Source of the DNA: Gemmatimonadota bacterium
Lineage (GTDB): Bacteria; Gemmatimonadota; Gemmatimonadetes; Longimicrobiales; Gaopeijiaceae
DNA length: 64,000 bases
Assembly (NCBI GenBank): GCA_034521595.1
Contig: JAXHMG010000003.1
Location: forward strand, 1,248,001 to 1,312,000
Reading direction: 5' to 3'
Shown piece after piece: positions 52,498-61,848 of the stretch. Each line of letters starts with the position of its first letter. Within the stretch, counting starts at the first letter, position 1. The translations under genes were made by a program, and so were the position numbers. The notes beneath the pieces are model-generated. The model was not told the DNA's origin and did not search any database. It was given only the letters and a program-made list of their open reading frames with translations.

Positions 52498-53445
52498 GTG
52501 TCGAACCAGGCGCGGTTGTCCGTCGTCGTTTTCCTCGCCCTCCTTCCGTTCGTCGGGCTCTATTGGTACGCGGAGCACTCGCTGCGAGCCGTCCACCGGG
52601 CGCACCAGGAAGCCGAGCTCCTGCATCAGGTCGGCCGCATCGGTCTCATGTACAACCGCACGCTCGCCCAGAGCGAGATGCTCCTCGGCGCGCTGAGCGA
52701 GATGTCCGAGTTCGAGAGCCCCCGCCAGCCCCGATGCGACCAGGTGCTTTCGTCCGTGATGGGGCACCTCACCTACTACACCGGCATCCAGTTCATCGAC
52801 GTGGACGGATTCGTATCGTGCGGATCCCTGGCCGGGTACGGGGACCTCTTCGTGAACGACCGCTACTACCATCGAGGCGCCCTGGCCAACCGTCAGTTCA
52901 CGATCGGGAACTTCGTGATGGGCCGGATCACGGGTAAGCCGGTCGTCGGCTTGGCGTATCCCATCGAGGCCGCCGGCTCGTCGGAAGCGACGGGGGTGCT
53001 CGCCCTCTACTTCGATCTGGACGAGTTGGCGAACCGCGCCTACGAGTTGGGGATGCCGCAGGCCGCCACGTTCACGGTGGTCGATCGCTCCGGCACCGTG
53101 ATGGTGAGGGTCCCGGCCCGTCAGGTCGGCCCGGACACCGTCGGAGCGACCGTGCCGGCGTCGTTCCCCGTGCCGACCAGTGCATCGGGCGATCCCTATC
53201 TGGCGCGTGGCGTCGACCTGGACGGCGTCGAGCGCCACTTCGCCGTGCAGCCCCTGCAGGCGGGAACATCCCGCTCGTACGGCCACGTCTACTTCGGCGT
53301 CGAGGACGACGTGGTGTTCGAGGGAGGGACCCTCGAGCCCATCGGCCGCCTTCGGATGCTCGCGCTCGCCGGCCTCCTGGTGATCGGTGGGGCCTGGCTG
53401 TTCGGCGTCAAGACGATCGCCGAGCGAGAATCGGCCGCGACGTGA
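52498..53445 (+). CDS. Membrane-anchored dCache sensor protein with no cytoplasmic output domain
   Basis: TM; NDRYY, GRITGKPVVGLAYPI, VVDRSGTV Cache motifs; second TM; stop about 12 residues later. Confidence 0.75.
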   Translation: MSNQARLSVVVFLALLPFVGLYWYAEHSLRAVHRAHQEAELLHQVGRIGLMYNRTLAQSEMLLGALSEMSEFESPRQPRCDQVLSSVMGHLTYYTGIQFIDVDGFVSCGSLAGYGDLFVNDRYYHRGALANRQFTIGNFVMGRITGKPVVGLAYPIEAAGSSEATGVLALYFDLDELANRAYELGMPQAATFTVVDRSGTVMVRVPARQVGPDTVGATVPASFPVPTSASGDPYLARGVDLDGVERHFAVQPLQAGTSRSYGHVYFGVEDDVVFEGGTLEPIGRLRMLALAGLLVIGGAWLFGVKTIAERESAAT

Positions 53446-53484
53446 CACCCGTGCGCCCGGCGCGTGACGAGCGCCCGGTGACGC

Positions 53485-54681
53485 TCACCCTCCGGGCCGG
53501 GGCCAGACCACGCCCTGGTCCTCGGGCGCCTCCCCGTAGCCACGGAACACGAACTTCTGCAGACGCTTCCCCTCCCAGGTTTCCGTCGTGTAGATGTTGC
53601 CCCGGGAGTCGGTGGCGATGCTGTGCACGCCGTAGAATTGCCCCGGCTGGCGCCCACCGTCTCCGAACTTCGTCAGCACGGTCATGGTTTCGCGCTCGAT
53701 GACGTGGATCTTCCGGTTGAGTCCGTCGGCCAAGTACAGGAAGCGCTGCTCGGGATCCGGAGAGAAGGCGATGTCCCAGACCGAGCCGGACCCGAGCGTC
53801 TGCGGCTCGATGAAGACTTCACGCACGAAGGTCCCGTCCGTGCGGAAGACCTGGATGCGGTCGCTCGCGCGGTCGCACGCGTAGACGAGCCCGTCTCGGG
53901 ACAGCTCCGCACAGTGAAGGGGGCTCCGGAACTGCTCGGCCGGAGGGTCCGAGGGGTCGTAGGGCGGGAGCGGCGCGTCGTCGGGCGGGTTGCCGTAGGC
54001 GCCCCAGTACCGGAGCATCTCCCCGGTGTCCCCGTCGAGCACCGCCACGCGCTTGTTGCCGTAGCCGTCCGCGACGTACACCTCGTTGGTCCGGGGATCG
54101 ATCGAGAGCTTCGCGACACGCCAGAAATTCTCGGGATCGTGGCTTCCCGTGCGCATGTGCGGCTCCCCGATCTGCATGAGGAAGGTGCCGTCCCGAGCGA
54201 ACTTCAGGATGTGGGAGTCCTCGACGCCGTTTCCGCCGATCCAGACGTTGTCCATGTGGTCGACGGTGATCCCGTGGTTGGACTGGGGCCAATCGTAGGC
54301 CTCGTCCGGACCGCCCCACCATCCCACCAGGGTCCCGTCGGGAGCGAACTCGAGGATGGGAGGGGCCGCCGTGCAGCAGGACGCCACGGGCGGATCGCCC
54401 AGGCCCGTGGTCTCCGTCCGTGGGTCGAAGGTGTCGGTCCGGTGGACGATCCACACGTGGTCTCGCGCATCGACCGAGACCCCGACCGCCGAACCCAGGA
54501 TCCAGCCGTTGGGGAGTGGCTTGGGCCAGAGCGGATCCACCTCGAACAACGGGACCTCGCCGGCGGAGGCGTCGGCTCGCACCGCATCCTCCGCGTCCTC
54601 CAGGGAGCACGAAGCGAGACCCGCCAGCCCGGCGAGCACGAAGAGCGACGCAACCACGAGCACGTCTCGACCGCCGAGCAT
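53485..54681 (-). CDS. NHL-repeat beta-propeller lipoprotein (PAL-like)
   Basis: Lipobox LASC; FEVDPLWPK, HGITVD, YVADGYGN, DRIQVF, HSIATDSRGNIY. Confidence 0.82.
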   Translation of the reverse strand: MLGGRDVLVVASLFVLAGLAGLASCSLEDAEDAVRADASAGEVPLFEVDPLWPKPLPNGWILGSAVGVSVDARDHVWIVHRTDTFDPRTETTGLGDPPVASCCTAAPPILEFAPDGTLVGWWGGPDEAYDWPQSNHGITVDHMDNVWIGGNGVEDSHILKFARDGTFLMQIGEPHMRTGSHDPENFWRVAKLSIDPRTNEVYVADGYGNKRVAVLDGDTGEMLRYWGAYGNPPDDAPLPPYDPSDPPAEQFRSPLHCAELSRDGLVYACDRASDRIQVFRTDGTFVREVFIEPQTLGSGSVWDIAFSPDPEQRFLYLADGLNRKIHVIERETMTVLTKFGDGGRQPGQFYGVHSIATDSRGNIYTTETWEGKRLQKFVFRGYGEAPEDQGVVWPRPGG

Positions 54682-54810
54682 GGCATGCCTCCGGATCCGG
54701 GGGACGTCACGGCGAGCGAAGTGCCGCGACGGGTGCAGACTCCGGCGCGGGGGGCGGACGCGCAAGGCGGCGTGACCAGCGCGCGTTAGACGCGGACCTT
54801 GAAGCCCGTC

Positions 54811-55416
54811 CTACGGCATCGAGCTTCCGTCCTCCGGCACGTCGTAGAGCTCACGCATCTCCTCGTAGGACAGATCGGCGTGGACGGCGCCCGCCGCCTC
54901 CCCGGCCACCGTAGCGCCGCCCGGGACGATCACATAGCGGAACTCGTGCTGCAGGTTGACGCTCCCGTAGTCGTCCGTGTTGTTCGTGAGGGTGATCTCC
55001 AGGGTTTCGGGACGCAGGTTCGCGCTCCACACGTCGATCTGTGGCCCAGCCTGCTCATACTGGACCGTGATGGGAAGCTGGGACACCTGATCGGTCGGCC
55101 AGATCGAGGTGGTGTAGCCGTTGAGCTTGCCATAGACCAGGACGACACCGGTGTCCAGAATGTCCTGGGTGATCTCGGGTACGGGCTCCTCGTGGCTGAA
55201 CACCGTTCTTCCGAACTCCTCGGAACTCTCCCAGGACTCGGGTTGGAACCAGTCCGAGTACATGACGTTCGCGGTTCCCGGAGGTCCCTGCGGTCCTTCC
55301 GGACCCTCGGGTCCCCGAGGTCCTTCGGGCCCCTGGGGCCCGGTCGGACCGGTTTCTCCGCTACAAGCGGACACTGCGAGCATCGCGAGGAGGAGCGCGG
55401 GGAGCGAGCGAAGCAT
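54811..55416 (-). CDS. Collagen-like lipoprotein
   Basis: Lipobox VSAC followed by nine Gly-X-Y triplets, then ANVMYSDW...FRYVIVP. Confidence 0.8.
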   Translation of the reverse strand: MLRSLPALLLAMLAVSACSGETGPTGPQGPEGPRGPEGPEGPQGPPGTANVMYSDWFQPESWESSEEFGRTVFSHEEPVPEITQDILDTGVVLVYGKLNGYTTSIWPTDQVSQLPITVQYEQAGPQIDVWSANLRPETLEITLTNNTDDYGSVNLQHEFRYVIVPGGATVAGEAAGAVHADLSYEEMRELYDVPEDGSSMP

Positions 55417-55603
55417 AGTGTCTCCTTCGGACCGGTTTCGACGTGGCATAGTCGCGTGCAAATCGACACACCGGTGTGCGGGAACGCAACCCCGATCCGC
55501 CGCGCCGTCCTCAACCGACCGCACGGGCCCTGGTGTCACACCTCAGGACCGTCCATCTTCACGGCCGTCTGGCTCAGAACACCCCTAGCACTGGAGATGT
55601 TTT

Positions 55604-56476
55604 ATGGTCCGCAGAGCCGTACGGTTCATGGCTCTCGCACCCGCGCTCGCTGCCCTCTTCCTGGTCCAAGCCTGTGGCGCCGACGATTCCGACCCGACCG
55701 GGCCGGACCCCGATCCGGACCCCGATCCGGCGACCGACGTGACGGTCGAAGGCATGGTCACGGAGCGCGGTACCGATGAAGGAGTGAATGACGCCACGGT
55801 CTCCGGCGTCCGACTGGACACGGACGAGCAACTCTTCGAGGTCGCCACCGACGCGAGTGGAGCGTACGAAGCGACCTTCGAAATCACCGACGAGCCCGAC
55901 GAGGTTCGAGTGGAAGTCGTAAAGGAGAAGCTCGGAACGGGGCTCGACTCCCTGGCGTTCTCCGAGACCATCACGGCCGACTTCGAGCTGGCGTGGGGCT
56001 CACCGTTCAGCGACCCGCTCGACGAAGACTGCCTCGACCTCGACCCCGAGAACGTCGAGATCGAGGAGTTCGGTGAACGGTGGCGGATCGTCGACGGCGA
56101 CAGCGCCCTGCTCCTCTTCGACGAGTTCGAGGCCGCCCAGGACGGGCGTGACATCATCCAGTCCTATGGCTTCACGGAACATTGCTTCGTCAATCGTCCC
56201 GACGCCCCCATGAAGTACTGGCTCATCGATGGGACACCGCCGACGGCCAGTGACGACGCCTCGCTCGACAAGGACTGCCTCGACCGCGACCCGGAGAACG
56301 TCGAAATCGAGGAGTTCGGGGAACAGTGGCGGCTCGTCGACGGCGAAAGCGCCCTGCTCGTCTTCGACGAGTTAGAGGCCGCCCAGGCAGGCCGTGACAT
56401 CATCCAGTTCTACGGCTTTACCCGGCAGTGCTTCGTCGATCGGCCCGATCCGCCCATGGAGTACTGGACTCGGTGA
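55604..56476 (+). CDS. Acidic lipoprotein with (DP)n linker, a beta-sandwich domain and two tandem Cys-containing repeats
   Basis: Lipobox VQAC; PDPDPDPDP; repeats DCL..DPENVEIEEFGE.WR...CFV.RPD.PM.YW. Confidence 0.8.
   Translation: MVRRAVRFMALAPALAALFLVQACGADDSDPTGPDPDPDPDPATDVTVEGMVTERGTDEGVNDATVSGVRLDTDEQLFEVATDASGAYEATFEITDEPDEVRVEVVKEKLGTGLDSLAFSETITADFELAWGSPFSDPLDEDCLDLDPENVEIEEFGERWRIVDGDSALLLFDEFEAAQDGRDIIQSYGFTEHCFVNRPDAPMKYWLIDGTPPTASDDASLDKDCLDRDPENVEIEEFGEQWRLVDGESALLVFDELEAAQAGRDIIQFYGFTRQCFVDRPDPPMEYWTR
56018..56467 (+). repeat. Intragenic duplication, period 246 nt (56018-56221 and 56264-56467)
   Basis: Near-identical DNA and protein in the two units. Confidence 0.9.
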
Positions 56477-56607
56477 GGTAGACGGCGATTCCCTGATGCC
56501 CTCCTCGATGCCACGCGTGGCCAACATGCGCCGGGTGTCGGGGAGGGCCGCCGTGGCTCGCCTGACCGCACGGGGACCCCCCACCCACGCGCGGAGTATG
56601 CCCGCCC

Positions 56608-57582
56608 ATGAACCTCTCCGTGCTCGATGTCCTTCCCGTCTCGTCCGGCTCCCGGGCGGCCGACACGCTCACCGGCGCGGGCGCGCTCGCCCAGCTCGCG
56701 GACCGGCTGGGATACACCCGTATCTGGTACGCCGAGCATCACGGGATGGGCGGGATCGCCGCGACCTCCCCCGAGCTCCTGATCGCGCACATCGCTCCGA
56801 GGACGGAGCGGATCCGGGTCGGCGCGGGCGGTGTGATGCTCCCGAACCACGTGCCGCTCCAGGTCGTGGAGCGCTACCGCACGCTGGAGGCCCTTCATCC
56901 GGGCCGGATCGACCTCGGCATCGGGCGCGCGCCGGGCACGGACCCGCTCACGGCCCGGGCGCTCCGGTCCGTCCCCGGCCAGCAGGTGGGCGAACTCATG
57001 GCGGAGCTCCTGGCCTTCGCCCACGGGGACTTCCCGGACGATCACCCCTTCGGCCGGATCGCGGTCGCGCCCGGCGGCATCGAGCTGCCTCCCCTCTGGA
57101 TGCTCGGATCGAGCGGCGGCAGCGCCCGCATGGCGGGACAGATCGGGGCCGGCTACGCGTTCGCGGCGCACTTCAGCGCGACCCCGCCCGCCCCGGCCAT
57201 CGACGTCTACCGTGAAGCGTTCGTGCCCTCGCCGGCGTTTCCGGAGCCGAAGGTGATCCTGGCCCTCTCGGTCGTATGCGCCGAGACCGACGAGGAAGCG
57301 CGTGAGCTGGCCTCGTCCATCGAGGTCCACTTCGAGCGGATCGGGAGAGGCGAGACCGGGCCCATTCCGAGCCCCGCGGAGGCCCGGGCCGCCGGCTGGA
57401 CGCCGGACGCCCGGATGGGCGGTCCCATGGCTGGGCTGCTCATCCGCGGCACGCCCGACCGGGTCCGCGAAGAGATCGAGCAGCGCGCCCGCGCGGTCGA
57501 TGCGGACGAGGTCATGGTCATGACCATCGTGCACGACCCGGCGGCGCGGTTGCGGTCGTATGAGCTGGTGGCGGGGGGTTAG
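56608..57582 (+). CDS. Luciferase-like (LLM class) flavin-dependent oxidoreductase
   Basis: LSVLD, WYAEHH, GGVMLPNH, PGRIDLGIGRAPG, WMLGSS. Confidence 0.92.
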   Translation: MNLSVLDVLPVSSGSRAADTLTGAGALAQLADRLGYTRIWYAEHHGMGGIAATSPELLIAHIAPRTERIRVGAGGVMLPNHVPLQVVERYRTLEALHPGRIDLGIGRAPGTDPLTARALRSVPGQQVGELMAELLAFAHGDFPDDHPFGRIAVAPGGIELPPLWMLGSSGGSARMAGQIGAGYAFAAHFSATPPAPAIDVYREAFVPSPAFPEPKVILALSVVCAETDEEARELASSIEVHFERIGRGETGPIPSPAEARAAGWTPDARMGGPMAGLLIRGTPDRVREEIEQRARAVDADEVMVMTIVHDPAARLRSYELVAGG

Positions 57583-57620
57583 GGTCGTCGTCACGGGCTC
57601 AGCTCGGTCCCCTGACGCAG

Positions 57621-57934
57621 GTGTGCGAGATAGTCCTCGAACACCACGGGCCGGTTCTTCTTCCGCTCATCGAGCGGCCGCACGATGCCCACCGCCTCGA
57701 GGACGCGCACGGCCTTCCCGGCCGCAGGCCTCGAGCAATCGAGGAGACACCCGATGCCGACTATCGCTTCCGGGTGGCCATCCCTCGGGCTGAAGTGGCC
57801 GAAGCGGTAGCGGACCGCACTCGCGAGCTCGAGTCTTCGACTTCGACAACGCGGTCCCGCAAGAGGATCACGTCAGGCAGAAGACCTATACCAGAGTCTG
57901 GGAGACGATGGGCGACGCTCAGCGGAGCGGTTAA
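57621..57934 (+). pseudogene. Frameshifted remnant of a small conserved hypothetical gene
   Basis: TPDADYRFRVAIPRAEVAEAVA in one frame, FDNAVPQEDHVRQKTYTRVWETM in another; no clean start. Confidence 0.45.
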
Positions 57935-57953
57935 CGCTGCCCGGTACCCGAGC

Positions 57954-58553
57954 TCACATCCACCAGATGGCGATCCCTCCCCGGTACTCGTCGGACTCCA
58001 GCGTTCCGTTGCCGTCGATGTCCCACAAGCGGAAGAGCACCTCTGCGAGCTGCTCGCGGGTGGTGATGGAGCCCGTTTCCATGGGCTCGTTTTCGCCCCG
58101 GACGTCGAGACCCGCCAGGGCCTCCAGGGGATCGAGCCGGAGGTCGCCATCCGTGTCCCATTCTGCGAAGAGGCCGGGCTCGGCGGCTCTCGTGTAGAGG
58201 TAGCGCCCGCCGTTCAGCCACTCGGTCTCGCTCAGGGTCAGATCCAGATCTTCCCTCCAGACCGTCTGCGGTGACGGCCCGGCGGTGTCCAGGGCCGCCG
58301 CCAGATCGGTCTCAGGCGCATCGGGCGCGAAGGCGGATCGGTCCTCCATCCACACCCGGAGCTCCACCTGACCGATGACGCCGTCCCCGTTCCGATCCGC
58401 CGTGGTGAAGGAGAGGGAATCCGGGAGCTCCACCACGTGACCGTCCCGCAGCTCGACGCCGGCATCGCGGGAATCGGTCTCGTCTCCGGGGCCGCATGCT
58501 GACATGAGCGCCAGCGATCCGGTCATCACCAGCAACGGAATACGGGTCCTCAT
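57954..58553 (-). CDS. EF-hand calcium-binding lipoprotein
   Basis: Lipobox MSAC; loops DRNGDGVIGQVE, DTDGDLRLDPLE, DIDGNGTLESDE. Confidence 0.82.
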   Translation of the reverse strand: MRTRIPLLVMTGSLALMSACGPGDETDSRDAGVELRDGHVVELPDSLSFTTADRNGDGVIGQVELRVWMEDRSAFAPDAPETDLAAALDTAGPSPQTVWREDLDLTLSETEWLNGGRYLYTRAAEPGLFAEWDTDGDLRLDPLEALAGLDVRGENEPMETGSITTREQLAEVLFRLWDIDGNGTLESDEYRGGIAIWWM

Positions 58554-58872
58554 GGACCTTCCTCGCTTTTTCTGATTCTCTGAGTTCTTCATGGCGACGG
58601 ATCAGCGGCCCACCCCACTTCTTCAACACCCTTCAGCTCTCGCGGCTCCTCCGCCGCCCTCCCTCGTCACCCCCTGCCCCGTCTTAACTCGCCTCCCGCC
58701 GCGAAAGGCCCTTTGAACTTCCTATCCGTCCCCGAATCAAGAGCCGCATATGAGCGCGCAGTCGTATCCCGATGGAAAATCGAAGTCTTGCAAAACGGGA
58801 GGGGTCCATATAAGCGGTCTCCAGGCCACGACCGGTATAGGCACCAGCCGTGATCACCTCCCGAGACGCTCA

Positions 58873-59196
58873 CTACTTGAAGTGCGACCGGAAATAGTTG
58901 AAGGAATGGCTCAGCGCTTCCCAGGCGTGCTCGGCCTCGTCCTTGAACCGCTGCCACTTCCCTTCGCCGGCGGCCTGGACTTCGTCCATCTTGCGCTTGG
59001 CCTCACGCCGCTTTTCGCGAAGATCATTCAGCCGATTCTCGTATTCCTTCTTGGCCTCACCTTCGAGCTTGTCGCCTTCTTTCTTCAGATCCTCGATCTT
59101 GCGGTCGAGATCGTCGAGACCTTTTTTCATTCCTTCGATGAATTCGTTGCGCGATTCGCTGGCTTCTGGCTGGTTGTTTGACTGGTCGTTTGTCAT
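58873..59196 (-). CDS. Small charged coiled-coil protein (sll1863-like)
   Basis: LDDLDRKIEDLK...KWQRFK..AE.AW..L pattern; GAGGAG upstream. Confidence 0.75.
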   Translation of the reverse strand: MTNDQSNNQPEASESRNEFIEGMKKGLDDLDRKIEDLKKEGDKLEGEAKKEYENRLNDLREKRREAKRKMDEVQAAGEGKWQRFKDEAEHAWEALSHSFNYFRSHFK

Positions 59197-59284
59197 GGGC
59201 TGCTCCTCTGAAATAAATGTGGATTGCGGCACAATCGTCGGTGCTGACTACGACCCCCGTCTACCTCGACTCCGAAGGGACTGC

Positions 59285-59560
59285 TCACCCTACCCGCACC
59301 TCGTGGCCCTCCAACCACTCCTTTCGCCCCTCGTAATCCGGCATCACCCGCCTGACCAGCTCCCAGAACTTCGGCGAGTGATCCCGAACCTGCAGGTGGC
59401 AGAGCTCGTGCACCACGACGCACTCTAACACCGGCCGGGGCACGCGGGCTAGCAGGCTCCCCACGGGCCTGTCCGTATGTCTCGCACCCGCCTACGACCG
59501 GAGCGGGCGCCTCGCCTGCCATGGTCCCGGCCCCACCGGTGGATCGCATTCGCCACCGAC
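59285..59560 (-). pseudogene. YgjP/DUF45 (M48/SprT-like) metallopeptidase remnant
   Basis: Manual translation gives RVRDIRTGPWGAC, then a frame change, then LARVPRPVLECVVVHELCHLQVRDHSPKFWELVRRVMPDY. Confidence 0.8.
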
Positions 59561-59687
59561 CGCGCCGGCACGCCCGGGATCGACATGCCCCCGCTTGCAC
59601 GAGCCCCGTCACGCCCGGAAGTTCGGAAACTCCAGGAACGTCATGCGCTACATGCCCCCCCGGTCGGGGTGAAGCAGGAGGTGTCGA

Positions 59688-60595
59688 AACGGACGCTGGT
59701 TTGACGGCGTCGAATTCGTCGAGCGGACGTTCTTCAGTCAATATGGGACCCTCACGACGACTCGCCCCGCTCGAGTGGATTCCGTGATCGATCTCGCTGG
59801 GCGGTGGGTCGTCCCTCCCTACGGGGAAGCTCACAACCACAACGTCGAGAGCTCCGATCGCTTGGCGGACCTGATCCAACGCTACCTGGCGAGCGGCATC
59901 TACTACGTGAAGAACCCGAACGTGCTGCCGAGGAGCGTGCTCGAGATCCGGGAAGCGGTGAACCGACCAACGAGTATCGACGCGTCGTTCGCTCTGGGAG
60001 GCTTCACCGGTCCCGGGGGCACCCGAGCCTCGTGTACCGGCGTAACGTCGACCGCGGCATCTGGTCGGAAGCCGACGGCGAAGGGGCCTTGCGTGCTCAC
60101 GCGGCCGGGCTGCGGGTATCCACGCACGTGGAGACGGCTCAGGATTTTCGGCATGCGTTGGACGCCGCGGTAGACGAAATCAATCACCTACCCGGCTTCC
60201 GGGGCGATGAAGAGAACCGGTTCCCAAGCGCGGAGCTCTTTCGGTTGACCGAGGAGGATGCGGAGAGAGCCGCCGAAAGCGGAGTCGTAGTGGTCACGAC
60301 GTTGGGAAGCCTCGATGAATTCGGCGACGCGGAGACGGTCGAGCGCGCGCGGGAGACCTTTCGATGGAACTTGAGTCTCCTGAACGACCGAGGGGTGAGG
60401 TTGGCGCTGGGAAGTGATGCCTACGGCTCGGTAGGCGTAGACCAGGCCATGCAGGTGTTGGAGCTGGGCGTCTTCAGCAATCTCGAGCTCCTGAAGCTGT
60501 GGGTGGAGGAGACGCCACGAGCGATTTTTCCGCATCGCAAGCTCGGCCGAGATATCCTCGAAAGTCGTGGATCGGCCCCTGATGGATGGCGCTGA
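59688..60595 (+). pseudogene. Amidohydrolase-family gene remnant (frameshift near 60020, internal deletion, truncated ends)
   Basis: IDLAGRWVVPPYGEAHNHN in one frame; AHAAGLRVSTHVET, EINHLPG, LALGSD, TPRAIFP in another. Confidence 0.8.
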
Positions 60596-60686
60596 TTGGC
60601 AGGCGTGAAAAAGGCGGCGCACCCTTCCGTGTGACAGTCGTGCCAAGGAACAACCCGCGGATCAATGATCAAGGAGTAGAGGGAAC

Positions 60687-60911
60687 ATGAGCAAAGCGAA
60701 CAACCACGATGAACGAATTCGCAAGATGACGTTCGCTTCGGTGTATCCTCACTATCTCACCAAGGTCGAGAAGAAGGGCCGAACCAAGGACGAATTACAT
60801 CAGGTGATCTCCTGGCTGACGGGTTACAGCGAACAGGCACTTCTGAAACAGATCGAAGAGAAGGCGACCTTTGAGGAATTTTTTCAGCAAGCGAGCCTGA
60901 CCCCGAATTGA
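60687..60911 (+). pseudogene. DUF2200-family gene truncated by an IS end
   Basis: [20 protein letters not shown]...VI.WLTG motif; the stop codon is the first TGA of the IS inverted repeat. Confidence 0.8.
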
Positions 60912-60970
60912 ACCGCCCCGGCTTCACCGGAGACTGTTCGCGTTGAGTGACCCCAGCGTCGCTGGAGTGA
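60909..60970 (-). mobile_element. Isolated IS3-family (IS51/IS6110-like) terminal inverted repeat remnant
   Basis: TGAACCGCCCCGGCTTCACCGGAGACT resembles IS6110-type ends (TGAACCGCCCCGG...CCGGAGACT); no transposase nearby. Confidence 0.75.
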
Positions 60971-60973
60971 ACG

Positions 60974-61381
60974 CTACAGGTCCAGCGTGACGAGAACAGA
61001 TCGGATCCAGGTCGCGAATTCGCTCTCGCTGAGTGACCCATCAGCTACTCGTAGAACGATGTCGACAACTTGGGGTTCAGGGGCTTCGATCTGATGCCCG
61101 TTGAGGATCAGGAACATGTTCGCGGTGAGGAATCCGATCCGCTTGTTCCCGTCCACGAACGGATGATTCTTGATGAGTCCGAACCCGTAGGAGGCCGCGA
61201 ATACAGCGAAGTCGGAATCGGATTCGTACCGCCATCGATGTTGGGGGCGAGCGAGTGCAGAGTCCAACAGGCCTTCATCTCTAAGCCCGAGTTGACCGCC
61301 GTGGGTCCGAATCTGGTCGGCGTGCGCTGCCTCGACCGCGGCACGCGGGACCCAGATTGGTTCCTCGGCGGATGATGTCAC
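60974..61381 (-). CDS. doc: Doc (death-on-curing, Fic superfamily) toxin
   Basis: GLRDEGLLDSALARP; HPFVDGNKR. Confidence 0.92.
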   Translation of the reverse strand: MTSSAEEPIWVPRAAVEAAHADQIRTHGGQLGLRDEGLLDSALARPQHRWRYESDSDFAVFAASYGFGLIKNHPFVDGNKRIGFLTANMFLILNGHQIEAPEPQVVDIVLRVADGSLSESEFATWIRSVLVTLDL

Positions 61382-61605
61382 TTGGCGAGTTCGCGCAAGG
61401 CATTGCGGTATTTGTTGGCCGTACGCTCGTAGGCGGCCATAGCCTCCTGGAATTCCGGATCGTAGGGTGTGAGGAGGACACCTTGGTCCGTTTCGATGAC
61501 GAAGAGCTCGTCGCCTTCCTGGACATGTAGGGACTCAGCGATGTCTTTCGGTAGTGTGGCGCCCACCGAGCCGCCCATTTTCCGCAGGGTGACTTTTCTC
61601 TGCAT
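61378..61605 (-). CDS. AbrB/MazE-fold antitoxin
   Basis: LRKMGGSVGATLPK...GDEL...LTPYDPEF...YRNALRELAK; 4-nt overlap with doc. Confidence 0.9.
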   Translation of the reverse strand: MQRKVTLRKMGGSVGATLPKDIAESLHVQEGDELFVIETDQGVLLTPYDPEFQEAMAAYERTANKYRNALRELAK

Positions 61606-61645
61606 GGCTCCGAGTCCTTGAAGACGGCGGTGAAGATTCGGTAGG

Positions 61646-61675
61646 AATATAGCACGTGAGTGCTACGGCCACCAA
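61646..61675 (-). promoter_or_regulatory. TA promoter with a palindromic operator
   Basis: TTGGTG-N18-TATATT with TGn extension; inverted repeat TAGCAC-N4-GTGCTA overlaps the -10. Confidence 0.55.
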
Positions 61676-61848
61676 CACTCGTAGCTGCACCTTCGTGGGC
61701 CACTCGTCGAGCAGCGCCACGAGGGCTCGGAGACCCAATCATGGGGAGGGCTTCCGGCTCCGGTGCGGTCGGCGCCGCTGAACCGCTCCAGGCTCACCCA
61801 AGGCAGCGGGAGTTGCGTGAGCTCGCGTTCTGGGGATGTCGCCGATGG

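Noticed and set aside
55260-55360. DNA tandem repeat or phage tail fibre
   Set aside because: Explained by Gly-Pro-X codons in a lipoprotein; no phage genes nearby.
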